Source of the DNA: Candidatus Borrarchaeum weybense
GTDB taxonomy: Archaea; Asgardarchaeota; Sifarchaeia; Borrarchaeales; Borrarchaeaceae
NCBI GenBank assembly: GCA_019057385.1
Contig: JAHQJS010000004.1
Location: 1,137,068 to 1,201,067 of the forward strand
Direction of reading: 5' to 3'
Length of the DNA stretch: 64,000 nucleotides
Part shown: piece by piece, positions 39,675-49,346 of the stretch
Layout: each line of letters starts with the position of its first letter
How positions within the stretch are numbered: the stretch's first letter is position 1
The notes under the pieces: model-generated
Database searches by the model: none
Told to the model about the DNA's origin: nothing
Seen by the model: the letters and a program-made list of their open reading frames with translations, nothing else
Position numbers and translations under genes: made by a program

Positions 39675-41040
39675 AGTACTCTCCGCAAGAAGACCCCCCA
39701 ATGTGTTGGGGGGATGAAGTGCGTGTTTTACGTGTTTCACTTTCACCGTAGTGTCCCCCAGCTTTAAATAGGTATTTGCGTATAGTAACTCTCGTGACAT
39801 GAATTTCAGGGGAACACAGGGATACGTATGATGACACGGACTTACAAATATCGCGTGTATCCAACCACACAACAGGCAACTACGTTAACGCAATGGCTTA
39901 CTACCTGTCGTCTGTTGTATAATAACGCTCTGGCAGCGCGAAAAGACGCTTGGCACACTCACCAACAATCAGTTACCTATTATGAACAAGCCACCCAACT
40001 ACAAGTTGCTAAACAGACCAACCCGTGTTTGAAGGTGGTGCATTCTCAGGTACTCCAAGATACACTCAGAAGACTGGATAAGACCTTCAGCAACTTTTTT
40101 AGGCGTCTTAAGAAGGGGGAAAAAGCCGGTTACCCACGATTTAAAGGAAAATACCGGTATGATTCCTTCACGTACCCGCAAAGTGGGTTCTCCCTCGAAA
40201 AGAACAACAAGAAACTCCGGCTCTCGAAAATTGGAAGTATCAACATTACACTCCACCGCCTTATCCCCTCTGAAGGAGTGATCAAGACCTGTACTATTAC
40301 ACGCGATGTTGACCACTGGTATGCCTGCTTTACAGTAGCACTGCCTGATCCCGAGCCTGAGTCTCAGCAGAGAGGAATAAAGAAGGCGATAGGGGTGGAT
40401 GTTGGGTTAAAGAGTTTACTTACGTTTAATAACGGAGATACCATAGCTAACCCCCGTTGGTTAAGACACTCGGAGAAGAAAGTAGCGAAAGAACAGAGAA
40501 GAAAAGATAGGAGGCAGAAAGGGTCACATAACCGTCACAAACAGAACACAAAGGTAGCACAGGTACACCAGAAGATACGTAACCAACGGAAGGACTTTCA
40601 TCACAAGCTTAGTCGAACACTGGTCGATGCTTATGACCTAATAGTGTATGAGAATCTCAAGATCACCAACATGGTGAAGAACCATCATGTAGCGAAGTCG
40701 ATTAGTGACGCCGGCTGGGGGCAACTTATGTGTTTTACGGAGTACAAAGCGGAGGAAGCTGGTACTCTAGTAGAATATGTGAGTGCCTATAATACCACAC
40801 AACTGTGTAGTAGGTGTGGGAAGCTGGTACCGAAAACACTAGCAACTCGCATCCACAGCTGTCCTTACTGTGTCCTTGATGTAGCACGAGATCATAACTC
40901 GGCCATCACCATTTTACACCGATCACGCTACTATGTAGCATCACGATCAGGGCAGGAACTGTCCGTCGAGCCTGTTTGACATGTCCCGTTGGGGAATGGA
41001 TGATTCAGGAAGCCACCCTACTTGTAGGGTGGTAGTTCAC
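39675..41040 (+). mobile_element. IS200/IS605-family tnpB-only element 3
   Basis: TTTAT at 39670-39674; LE hairpin ccccccaa..ttgggggg; RE ccaccctac..gtagggtggtagttcac. Confidence 0.88.
39828..40979 (+). CDS. tnpB: TnpB RNA-guided nuclease, canonical D-E-D triad
   Basis: YKYRVYPT, GVDVG, VYENL, CSRC..CPYC, RDHNSA. Confidence 0.95.
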   Translation: MMTRTYKYRVYPTTQQATTLTQWLTTCRLLYNNALAARKDAWHTHQQSVTYYEQATQLQVAKQTNPCLKVVHSQVLQDTLRRLDKTFSNFFRRLKKGEKAGYPRFKGKYRYDSFTYPQSGFSLEKNNKKLRLSKIGSINITLHRLIPSEGVIKTCTITRDVDHWYACFTVALPDPEPESQQRGIKKAIGVDVGLKSLLTFNNGDTIANPRWLRHSEKKVAKEQRRKDRRQKGSHNRHKQNTKVAQVHQKIRNQRKDFHHKLSRTLVDAYDLIVYENLKITNMVKNHHVAKSISDAGWGQLMCFTEYKAEEAGTLVEYVSAYNTTQLCSRCGKLVPKTLATRIHSCPYCVLDVARDHNSAITILHRSRYYVASRSGQELSVEPV

Positions 41041-41071
41041 AGCCTTTCTCATCAGCATTAAGAGGTCAATA

Positions 41072-41410
41072 TTAGACCAACGAATGGCGCATTTGATGCT
41101 GTTTTATTTCGTCATCAGGAATTCCGAGAATCCATCCAAGCCAAGCAGTTCTTAAATTCCTCTCAAGGTATGGTATTGACCCAGCTCGCATACCTTTTTC
41201 GAATTTAGCACGACTTTCTATTTCACGAAAATATTCTGCGAAGACTTCTTCTTCTTTGGGCTTTTCAAATAAAACCCATTGTAAGATCGAGAGACCTACG
41301 TTTCTAAGACTTTGACCTATGACGCCTTGAGCGGAAACTCCGATGGCATCTGATTCAGCTCGCTTTTTCTGTTCTTCATATTTTTCAAGCAATTCATCTT
41401 CGCTTCTCAT
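41072..41410 (-). CDS. Hypothetical protein, paralog of 52716-53063
   Basis: Shared TAWLGWILGIPD motif. Confidence 0.75.
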   Translation of the reverse strand: MRSEDELLEKYEEQKKRAESDAIGVSAQGVIGQSLRNVGLSILQWVLFEKPKEEEVFAEYFREIESRAKFEKGMRAGSIPYLERNLRTAWLGWILGIPDDEIKQHQMRHSLV

Positions 41411-41560
41411 ATGATCACATATCCTGTAAATTTGGTATTTAATCAGGTATTTGTTCTATAGAAATGCTTTGGTTCAAACAAATTGATGAAAAGTCATTAA
41501 AAGATTTTTTTCATTTAATTTGTTGTGCTTCCGTCTCAGCTTTTTAAAAGACGAGCAAAA

Positions 41561-42565
41561 TTAGGAGGATAATTTCTCTTTCAAGACCTTTTTTTCAGAT
41601 TCTATCATCGCAAGGATCTCAGAATCCATTTTAAATAGTCTGTTGTGAAAATTTTCATTCAAGGGCATTTTTTGGTATAACTCTTTTCTTTGAACTTCAA
41701 GGAGCATAGGTGAAAGTCCCATAAATTCAGCAACGCAATAAATATGGTTACCATTCTTCTTGGCAGTCTTATAGACGTCTTCAAGATGATCTTTCCACTT
41801 TGCATCACGAAGTAAGTGATGATCTACTATAATCATATCAATCTGGGAAGCTAGTTTCTTGAGGTTCGCTATCCCACTCATTAAATCCTCTTTCGGTACT
41901 TGTCGTAAATAAGTAGGCGGGCCACCAATCAAAAGTAAGTTAGGTTTTTCCTCTTCTATTAGTGATAAAGTATATTCAGACATTGGCCCTTGTACATCTG
42001 AAGCGTGGAGAATTTTTTCATCATTATATTCGATAGCTGTCATTATTACCCAGCCAAAGCGACTGCCTTCTGGTCCATGCCAGACAGGCTCAGAACAACG
42101 AATAGTTGTTTGCTTAAACATAAATGACTGACTATCTGCAGGACGAATTTCGCAATCTTCACGCTTATAGAGGTAATATGATCGTCTTTTTTGAGAGTAA
42201 TTGATGGAGCTTCTGTTTGATCGATCTTTGGCTAAGATTATTTTTCCCGAATATAATTGCGTAGCAATAGTTTCATTTGTCCATTGATAGACCTGTGAGA
42301 GTGAAGTAGTATAATGATCGAAATGAAAATGTGAAATCACTAATACATCGCATTTTTTAGCTCTTTCTTGTATGAGTTCTCTAGTTAACTTCGCTGCAGC
42401 TAGTTCTTTAATATGAGGGGGAAGTCTATCTCGTCGAGGTGCCAGCGCCACACTTGGATCTATCAAGATGGCTAAATCTGGTGTTTTAACATAAAAACAA
42501 AATGATCGTGTACCAAGAGATTCCGCTCCTATAGGCTCAATATGGAGTTTTTCCAGACCTAACAT
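41561..42565 (-). CDS. Metallo-beta-lactamase-fold protein (UPF0282-like)
   Basis: AESLGTRS, SHFHFDH, SDVQGP, DHHLLRD. Confidence 0.88.
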   Translation of the reverse strand: MLGLEKLHIEPIGAESLGTRSFCFYVKTPDLAILIDPSVALAPRRDRLPPHIKELAAAKLTRELIQERAKKCDVLVISHFHFDHYTTSLSQVYQWTNETIATQLYSGKIILAKDRSNRSSINYSQKRRSYYLYKREDCEIRPADSQSFMFKQTTIRCSEPVWHGPEGSRFGWVIMTAIEYNDEKILHASDVQGPMSEYTLSLIEEEKPNLLLIGGPPTYLRQVPKEDLMSGIANLKKLASQIDMIIVDHHLLRDAKWKDHLEDVYKTAKKNGNHIYCVAEFMGLSPMLLEVQRKELYQKMPLNENFHNRLFKMDSEILAMIESEKKVLKEKLSS

Positions 42566-42645
42566 GTCTGTTGCCTTACTATATTATTTTGAATGCATGA
42601 TCGTCTCGATAGTTTTCTTAAATAAATATTGGTTTTTTGGATTCA

Positions 42646-43626
42646 TTATACTTCTTTATTCAATCGAATGGACTGTGTTGGGTATGGCATGTCTATACCA
42701 GCTTCGGTCAATGCATTTTTAATATTGTTCAGCATTCTGCTTTCTGTTTCAAAAACTCCGCCCGCTTTTGTTGTATCCACAAAAACCCTAGCTTCCATAT
42801 TAACTGCAAAGTCGCCTAGTTTTGTTACGACAATTTCTATCGGAGCAAAATAGCCTTGTCCTGATATTCCTGAGGTGACTGTAGCTGTATCCTTCTCTAG
42901 GACTTCTCGTATAATTTTTATCGCTTGCGATATGTCTGACTCATAAGCTATACCTATCTTGTGGAAAAGCCTTCTTAGCCGATGCGTTGAATAATTAATT
43001 ATCGCATCACTAGCTACCATTGAATTAGGCAAACTGATTAAAGTGTTATCAGGTGCGATAATAGTTGTAGATCGTAGATTAATCTCTATAACCTTCCCTA
43101 CTATATCATTCTTTTTCAACTGTATCCAGTCACCTATCTTGAATGCTTTATCAAAGATAATACTAACGCCTGCGAAAATATTAGCGACTGTTTGCTGGGC
43201 AGCAAGTCCTAATACGATTCCGGCAAAACCCGCACCGACTAATATCCCTTGAACGGCTGTAATAAGCCCAAAAACACCTAGAGTTAGTATAAAAGCGATG
43301 ATATAAATAAAATATCTAATTAGTCTTTTAAAGAGCATATTTAATCTTGTAGGAATATCAGCCACCCAGTGTATCACTTTGTCGTAAATGGTTAGGCTTA
43401 TTCTTACTGCATAAACTGCAACAAGCCAAATAATTACTATTTCTAACAACTGCGTTAGGAGTGGATAGGTAGTTGAAATCTGTACCCAATAAGAATAGAA
43501 ATTATATCTTAACATTAAAAAACCTAAAATTATTAGAAGAAAAATCACCGGAATTAAATAACTAGCTAGTATTCTTCTAGTTGTCGTTTGTATTTGAGAA
43601 TCATCAGTTTGCGAAATTCTTTTCAC
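42646..43626 (-). CDS. mscS: Small-conductance mechanosensitive channel
   Basis: GLAAQQTVANIFAG, FKIGDWI, LPNS, PYP. Confidence 0.92.
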   Translation of the reverse strand: MKRISQTDDSQIQTTTRRILASYLIPVIFLLIILGFLMLRYNFYSYWVQISTTYPLLTQLLEIVIIWLVAVYAVRISLTIYDKVIHWVADIPTRLNMLFKRLIRYFIYIIAFILTLGVFGLITAVQGILVGAGFAGIVLGLAAQQTVANIFAGVSIIFDKAFKIGDWIQLKKNDIVGKVIEINLRSTTIIAPDNTLISLPNSMVASDAIINYSTHRLRRLFHKIGIAYESDISQAIKIIREVLEKDTATVTSGISGQGYFAPIEIVVTKLGDFAVNMEARVFVDTTKAGGVFETESRMLNNIKNALTEAGIDMPYPTQSIRLNKEV

Positions 43627-43924
43627 TTCCTTTCAGAAAAATTAATGGCATAATACTATTAAGTTTAACCAAGGCGGCTTATAGTCTATTAAATATTTAT
43701 GTAAACCGAAATTCGTTGAGTTGTCACTTGTGTTTCTACTTAGGGAAAACGCAACTCAACTGTGATTCTATGAAGCTTAATAACAAGAGAAGGGTTTTTT
43801 AATCATAATAAATATTGCTTGTGTGTATGATAAAATTTTAATAGTCTCTAAGAGTGCTTTAAACACACTCCGCAAAACTAGTAAATAATAAATAAAAATA
43901 CGAGCAATCCGATGGTATTTTCAA

Positions 43925-45100
43925 ATGAAATTTCTATTAGGTGTATGCGGAATAGGACTGGGTCATGCAGGAAGATCAGTAAAACTTGCTGAAATGTTGA
44001 CTTCTCAAGGGCATGATGTTTTTTTCACATCCTTTGGTGTCGCCTCCGATTTTATCAAATTAAACGGGTACAAAGTTTACAGAATCCCGCCATATGAGTG
44101 GTATTCTGCGGGGACAGAACCCAATTGGTCAATGTCCGCGATTAACGGTGCGCCGATCATCCACCGCATTGTAAGGGGCTACAAAAAAATTCTAAAAATC
44201 ATAAAGAAAGAAGCCCATCTCGATTACATTATCTCAGATACTGATTTTCCTACGTTGCTGACACTTGCAAGACACAATTTTGAAGGGTGTATTCTCACAA
44301 ATACATTACGAATTGGCGTACTTGGGAAGCAGTTGCTCGAATACGGTGTGACAGGTCGAATACTTCGACCTAATTTGAAATTCCTTTTCAATAGGAAGAT
44401 AGATGCTCTCTTCCTCTATTTATACAAGCGCACTAACAAGGTTTATTGTTTCGATTTCCCCCCGCCGTACACACTAGCCAGACATAATATACTTCCTGAT
44501 GAGTCATTTGATGGTGAATTGCGGTACTGCGGCCTGATTAAAGGAAAAGACCCCCAAGAACTACCTTCTAAAGAAGAAATCATGGAAAAATTGGACTTAA
44601 ATCCCGATTTGCCGACAATATACATCGGCATAAGCGGACCGAATAAATACCAACTCATTAACTTTTTCGCAAACCATTATGATGGTTGCAAAGATAAGAA
44701 CATAATTATTACCACAGGAACGCCCTCTTCATCATTACCGACTTATAGAAATCAGGAGTTCAGAGTTTTTCATTGGTATCCTGTACGAGAGGAACTTCTG
44801 AAAGTTGCAGACGTTATCGTGGCCCGTGCTGGTTTAAACACGATTTCAGAAATTTTAACTTTCGGAAAGAAAAGTCTATTAATTCCAGAATTACAACCAG
44901 AGCAGATGGAAAATGCACATTCTCTAGAAAGCCTAGGTCTCTGTGTTACAATTCATCAAAAGGCTCTAAATGAAGAAATCTTTAATATTCAATTAGCAAG
45001 AGTATTAGAAAATAATCAAATGACAAAACGGTTAAAAGAATATCAATCACTTTGTAGACGATATGATGCACTTTCAATGATAACAAACGATTTTAATTAA
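43925..45100 (+). CDS. GT-B glycosyltransferase (family 28 / MJ1255-like)
   Basis: GIGLGHAGR, ARAGLNTISE, EQMENA. Confidence 0.85.
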   Translation: MKFLLGVCGIGLGHAGRSVKLAEMLTSQGHDVFFTSFGVASDFIKLNGYKVYRIPPYEWYSAGTEPNWSMSAINGAPIIHRIVRGYKKILKIIKKEAHLDYIISDTDFPTLLTLARHNFEGCILTNTLRIGVLGKQLLEYGVTGRILRPNLKFLFNRKIDALFLYLYKRTNKVYCFDFPPPYTLARHNILPDESFDGELRYCGLIKGKDPQELPSKEEIMEKLDLNPDLPTIYIGISGPNKYQLINFFANHYDGCKDKNIIITTGTPSSSLPTYRNQEFRVFHWYPVREELLKVADVIVARAGLNTISEILTFGKKSLLIPELQPEQMENAHSLESLGLCVTIHQKALNEEIFNIQLARVLENNQMTKRLKEYQSLCRRYDALSMITNDFN

Positions 45101-45155
45101 GCTTATTTTATATGAATAAAAAAAGAAGAACTCGATCTCAGTTCTAAAAATAACC

Positions 45156-45524
45156 CTAAAGGTCTAAAGCAGACCTTACCTTACTAGCAAACAGTTTCCC
45201 CTTTACTCCATGAGACTCAACCTTTATATTGCCATCACTTTCAGCTTGTTTTGCGAGATCCTTATCACCTGAATTAATTACCTTTTTAATAATATCACTT
45301 TTTCCTGTAATGGTGACGTGAGGGCCATCATGAAGTCCTTCGTCGATCGTGATGCTTCCATCAGTCTGGATCACAGCAGATGCTACATCTTCAGGATCTT
45401 GACCCACTACATTAATCTTAGCTGCACGTACGATCTTTAAGAACACTTTAGATTTTTTACTTTCCTTTAAATAGTTTTCAGCTTCTTTTAATCTCTTACT
45501 TACACATTCAAAAATTGTACTCAT
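45156..45524 (-). CDS. SCP2-like lipid-binding domain protein
   Basis: G.ITI.EG..D.P.VTIT...and G.IKVE pattern. Confidence 0.55.
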   Translation of the reverse strand: MSTIFECVSKRLKEAENYLKESKKSKVFLKIVRAAKINVVGQDPEDVASAVIQTDGSITIDEGLHDGPHVTITGKSDIIKKVINSGDKDLAKQAESDGNIKVESHGVKGKLFASKVRSALDL

Positions 45525-45691
45525 TATTGGGATGCCTCCGATAGTGCTAACTCAATTTCGGGATATTATTATATATAGTTTATAGTTTTTACGATTGAAA
45601 GTTGATTGGAATTCAACTTCTGAATAAAAGTTGAATGTATTAATAGCAATTTTCAAAAATCTTAAACAACAAATAGATGAAGTGAGAGATT

Positions 45692-46177
45692 ATGACTACA
45701 AAAAAGGAGCCTCATCAGGTAATTGAACTTACTGAAGAGTATGCAGAAGCGATCGAACAACTCTTCAAAGATGTTTGGCCACACGCAACAGAATATCCGC
45801 ATGACTGGCGAGAAAAAAGAATGCTATCCAAAGAAGAAATTATTGATGAGATGAGACAAGGATATCATTACTTTGGTATCAAATTTGAAGGCAAATTAGC
45901 TGGACTTTACAAAGCCCTAATTACCCCTGAGGGATGCTTCGGAGCACATCAGTCGATAAACCCGAAATATTGGAGGGGCGGCATGGGTGGAGCTATGTAC
46001 ACGCAATTTATAGAATTTGCAAAGAAGATGGGGTGTAAACGCAATTATTGCAACATTTTAATCGGTCAAACTGCTAGTGAAAAACTGGTAAAGAAATTTG
46101 GATTCAAAGAAGTTGGTGAACCATATGAACAGGCAAAAGGAATGCTTGTGCAGATGTATGAAAGAGAGGTAGAATAA
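45692..46177 (+). CDS. GNAT acetyltransferase
   Basis: INPKYWRGGMG motif A; KFGF. Confidence 0.85.
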   Translation: MTTKKEPHQVIELTEEYAEAIEQLFKDVWPHATEYPHDWREKRMLSKEEIIDEMRQGYHYFGIKFEGKLAGLYKALITPEGCFGAHQSINPKYWRGGMGGAMYTQFIEFAKKMGCKRNYCNILIGQTASEKLVKKFGFKEVGEPYEQAKGMLVQMYEREVE

Positions 46178-46180
46178 CGT

Positions 46181-47257
46181 TTGAACTATGCAACTTTAAA
46201 AACTGAATTACTTTGCCTAGGAGCAAAAGCTAAAACTAAACGACATTTAAGAAAAACTGGAGCTGGACCCGCAGGTGGATCTTATTTTGTTCTTCCAAAT
46301 AGGAGTCTAGTCCAAATACCTGTTGTAGGTCACTTCGTCCAAAATTCCCCTTTTTCAATTATTGAAGACTCAGATGTGTTATATCTCTTTAAAAACAGTG
46401 AAAAGGTATGTGAAATACAAGGAGTGCCTACACCGCAGTTCTATGGAATTAATACATCAGATGGCATTCCCATGTGGAAAATTGCATTAATTCACGGTGT
46501 AGACTGTCTTGCAACAACCGTAGACCAGACTTGTATACACTGGCGCCATAATTTACAATGCGATTTCTGCGGCATTGAATTATCACTCAAACATCACAGA
46601 ACGATTACGAGAAAATCACCTGAAAAATTGATAGAAGTAATACAAGCTGCACGTGCAGAAAATAGGGCTAATCATATCACGTTAACTATTGGTACACAAG
46701 CTGGAGAAGATCGAGGTGCAAATATTCTTTCAAAAACGACCAGAAGGATAAAAGAGGAAATTGATATCCCTATTCACGCACAAGCAGAACCCGCAGATGA
46801 AATATATCTAGGGAAACTAAAAGATTCAGGAGTAGATACGCTCGGAATTCATATTGAGACCACTGACCCCGATATTTTCAAAAAAGTGTGCCCTGGTAAA
46901 GCAATGCTCGACTTTGAATATTATGAGAAGATTTGGGGGCATGCAGTAGACATTTTCGGTAAGAATCAAGTAAGTTCATTTGTAATAGTAGGTTTAGGAG
47001 AATCAGATGAAAGCATTCTAAATGGCGCTAAGTGGATGGCATCAATTGGGGTAATTCCTTTTGTAGTTCCACTTCGACCAATTCCTGAAACGCCTTTAGA
47101 AAATGCAATACCTCCTTCGCCAGAACGAATGATTTATTTATATGAAGAAGTGGGAAAAATCTTAAAGGAAAATAATCTAAATCCTAATAAAAACAAAGCT
47201 GGGTGTGTTCGCTGTAAAGGATGCTCATCCGTTGATGAGTTTGTAATCGGTTATTAA
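46181..47257 (+). CDS. Radical SAM protein, MSMEG_0568/NitD-like
   Basis: GAGP, LATTV, extended Cx8CxxC, C-terminal AGCxxCxxCS. Confidence 0.8.
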   Translation: MNYATLKTELLCLGAKAKTKRHLRKTGAGPAGGSYFVLPNRSLVQIPVVGHFVQNSPFSIIEDSDVLYLFKNSEKVCEIQGVPTPQFYGINTSDGIPMWKIALIHGVDCLATTVDQTCIHWRHNLQCDFCGIELSLKHHRTITRKSPEKLIEVIQAARAENRANHITLTIGTQAGEDRGANILSKTTRRIKEEIDIPIHAQAEPADEIYLGKLKDSGVDTLGIHIETTDPDIFKKVCPGKAMLDFEYYEKIWGHAVDIFGKNQVSSFVIVGLGESDESILNGAKWMASIGVIPFVVPLRPIPETPLENAIPPSPERMIYLYEEVGKILKENNLNPNKNKAGCVRCKGCSSVDEFVIGY

Positions 47258-47468
47258 TAAAACCTTTCTCCCAGTTCTTTTGTGGAATTGATTTACTTTT
47301 TTTAAATCTTCATTAACTACATTCAAGATTAGAATGTAGAAAAAGCACTCTAATAATTTGCTCAAATAATTGAATATATAATGCAAAAAATCGAAAATAA
47401 CTGGACAAACAACTTTTGATAGAGGCTTGAATGCATGTAAGAGACGTTATAAAAAATTAGGTGATTAA

Positions 47469-49346
47469 ATGACATTTAAAGATTTAATAGACCCGAATCC
47501 TAAGAAAGCCTTCTTACTAGCTAATGAAGCTATAGCAAGAGCGGCTATTGAAAAGGATGTTAAAGTAGCAGCATTTTATCCTGGTTCTCCTACAAGTGAA
47601 ATTTTAGATACAATGTATATTCTTGCAGGATATTTAGACGACCTAAAAATGGAAGTAGCTTCGAATGAAATGGTGGCTCTTGAAACCGTAGCTGGTGCTT
47701 CGATGGCGGGAGTACGTGGATTTACTTCTATGAAAAGTGTAGGACTAAATGTTGCTGCAGATTCATTCTTTAGTTTGGGCTATACTGGTGTAAATGCAGG
47801 TTTAGTTTTATTAATAGCGGATGATCCACATGCCCATTCTTCACAAAGTGAACAGGATGCAAGGATTTTCGGTGAAGCTGCACATGTACCTATGCTTGAA
47901 CCGTCTTCTGCACAAGAAGCATATGATATGGTTAAGTGGGCTTTTGACTTATCTGAAAAATACAAAATGCTGGTTCTGATCAGAACAACAACACGGGTAA
48001 ATCATCAAAGTGGAATAGTACAGTTAGGTGAACTGAAGAGAAAACCTTTCAAAAGAAACGATTGGAAAGAGATTCAAAGTAAATATTACACTTTAAGTGC
48101 TACTGCTAGAAGGTTAAAAGGAGAGGCTCTAGAGAAACTGAAAAAAGTCGAAGAAGAATTTGAAACGAATCCATTCAATAAACTAACTTTAGGAGAAGGA
48201 GATATTGGAATTATTACTTCTGGTGTTTCATATCTGCATGTTCTAGAGGCTGTTGACATCTTAAATATAAATCCTCATATCTTGAAACTTGGAACTACAC
48301 ATCCTCTCCCGAAACAAATGATTGGAGACTTCCTTAAAAAAGTCAACAAAGTCATAATTGTAGAAGAACTCATGCCGTATCTTGAATTAAGAGTTACTGC
48401 AATTGCCAAAGATGCGACCCCATCAGTTGAAATATACGGAAAATATACAAATAATTTTGATTATGTTGGAGAATACACTGTACAGTCAGTCGTTAAAGGA
48501 ATTTCCTCCGTTTTAGGTCTTGGTAGCCCAGTGGATTACGATTTTTATCTTAACCGTGCTGAAAAACTGAAATCTATTTTACCAAAGAGAATGCCTACCT
48601 TCTGCCCAGGATGCCCGCACAGATCGACATTATGGGCAGTGCAACAGGCTATCAAGGAGCAAGACTATGTTGTCAACAATGACATCGGCTGTTATTCGAT
48701 GCTGCTTTTGGAGCCGTATGAAATTACTGACTCTTTATTGTGCATGGGGGCGTCTCTAGGCATTTCAAGCGGTATGCAACACGCACTTAATGATAAAGTC
48801 ATTTCATTCGTAGGTGACTCAACATTTTTCCATGCTTCATTGCCGGGGTTTGTAAACGCTGTGCATAATAAACACAATATTACTGTGTTCATCCTAGATA
48901 ATGCAGTCACCGCTATGACTGGTCAACAGCCAAATCCTGGTTCTGATTTTGGAGCACTTCCAGTTGTTGAAATTGACATCGAGGCCATCGTTAGAGCTAT
49001 TGGTGTCGAGCATGTTACCATGATCAATGCCTTTGATCCTAAGAACAACGTTGACAAGATAAAAGAGGCTTTAGAATTTGAAGGAGTTTCTGTTGTAATT
49101 TCAAAAGGTCCTTGTGCTTTATATAATGACCGCTTGAAGAGAAAACGCGGAGTTCCGATAATTCCGAATATGGTCGATAAGGAAGAGTGTAAGACTATCT
49201 ATGCTTGTATTAGGGACTTCTACTGTCCTGCAATTGAGATGGATATGGAAAGCCGGCAAGCTGTCATTCTAAAAGATTTATGCGATGGCTGCATGGTCTG
49301 TGCCAAACTCTGTCCAGTTTCGTCAATAAAAACTACAGGTGGTTGA
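47469..49346 (+). CDS. iorA: Indolepyruvate:ferredoxin oxidoreductase alpha subunit
   Basis: NEAIAR, YPGSP, CPGCPHR, GDSTFFH, C-terminal ferredoxin. Confidence 0.95.
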   Translation: MTFKDLIDPNPKKAFLLANEAIARAAIEKDVKVAAFYPGSPTSEILDTMYILAGYLDDLKMEVASNEMVALETVAGASMAGVRGFTSMKSVGLNVAADSFFSLGYTGVNAGLVLLIADDPHAHSSQSEQDARIFGEAAHVPMLEPSSAQEAYDMVKWAFDLSEKYKMLVLIRTTTRVNHQSGIVQLGELKRKPFKRNDWKEIQSKYYTLSATARRLKGEALEKLKKVEEEFETNPFNKLTLGEGDIGIITSGVSYLHVLEAVDILNINPHILKLGTTHPLPKQMIGDFLKKVNKVIIVEELMPYLELRVTAIAKDATPSVEIYGKYTNNFDYVGEYTVQSVVKGISSVLGLGSPVDYDFYLNRAEKLKSILPKRMPTFCPGCPHRSTLWAVQQAIKEQDYVVNNDIGCYSMLLLEPYEITDSLLCMGASLGISSGMQHALNDKVISFVGDSTFFHASLPGFVNAVHNKHNITVFILDNAVTAMTGQQPNPGSDFGALPVVEIDIEAIVRAIGVEHVTMINAFDPKNNVDKIKEALEFEGVSVVISKGPCALYNDRLKRKRGVPIIPNMVDKEECKTIYACIRDFYCPAIEMDMESRQAVILKDLCDGCMVCAKLCPVSSIKTTGG

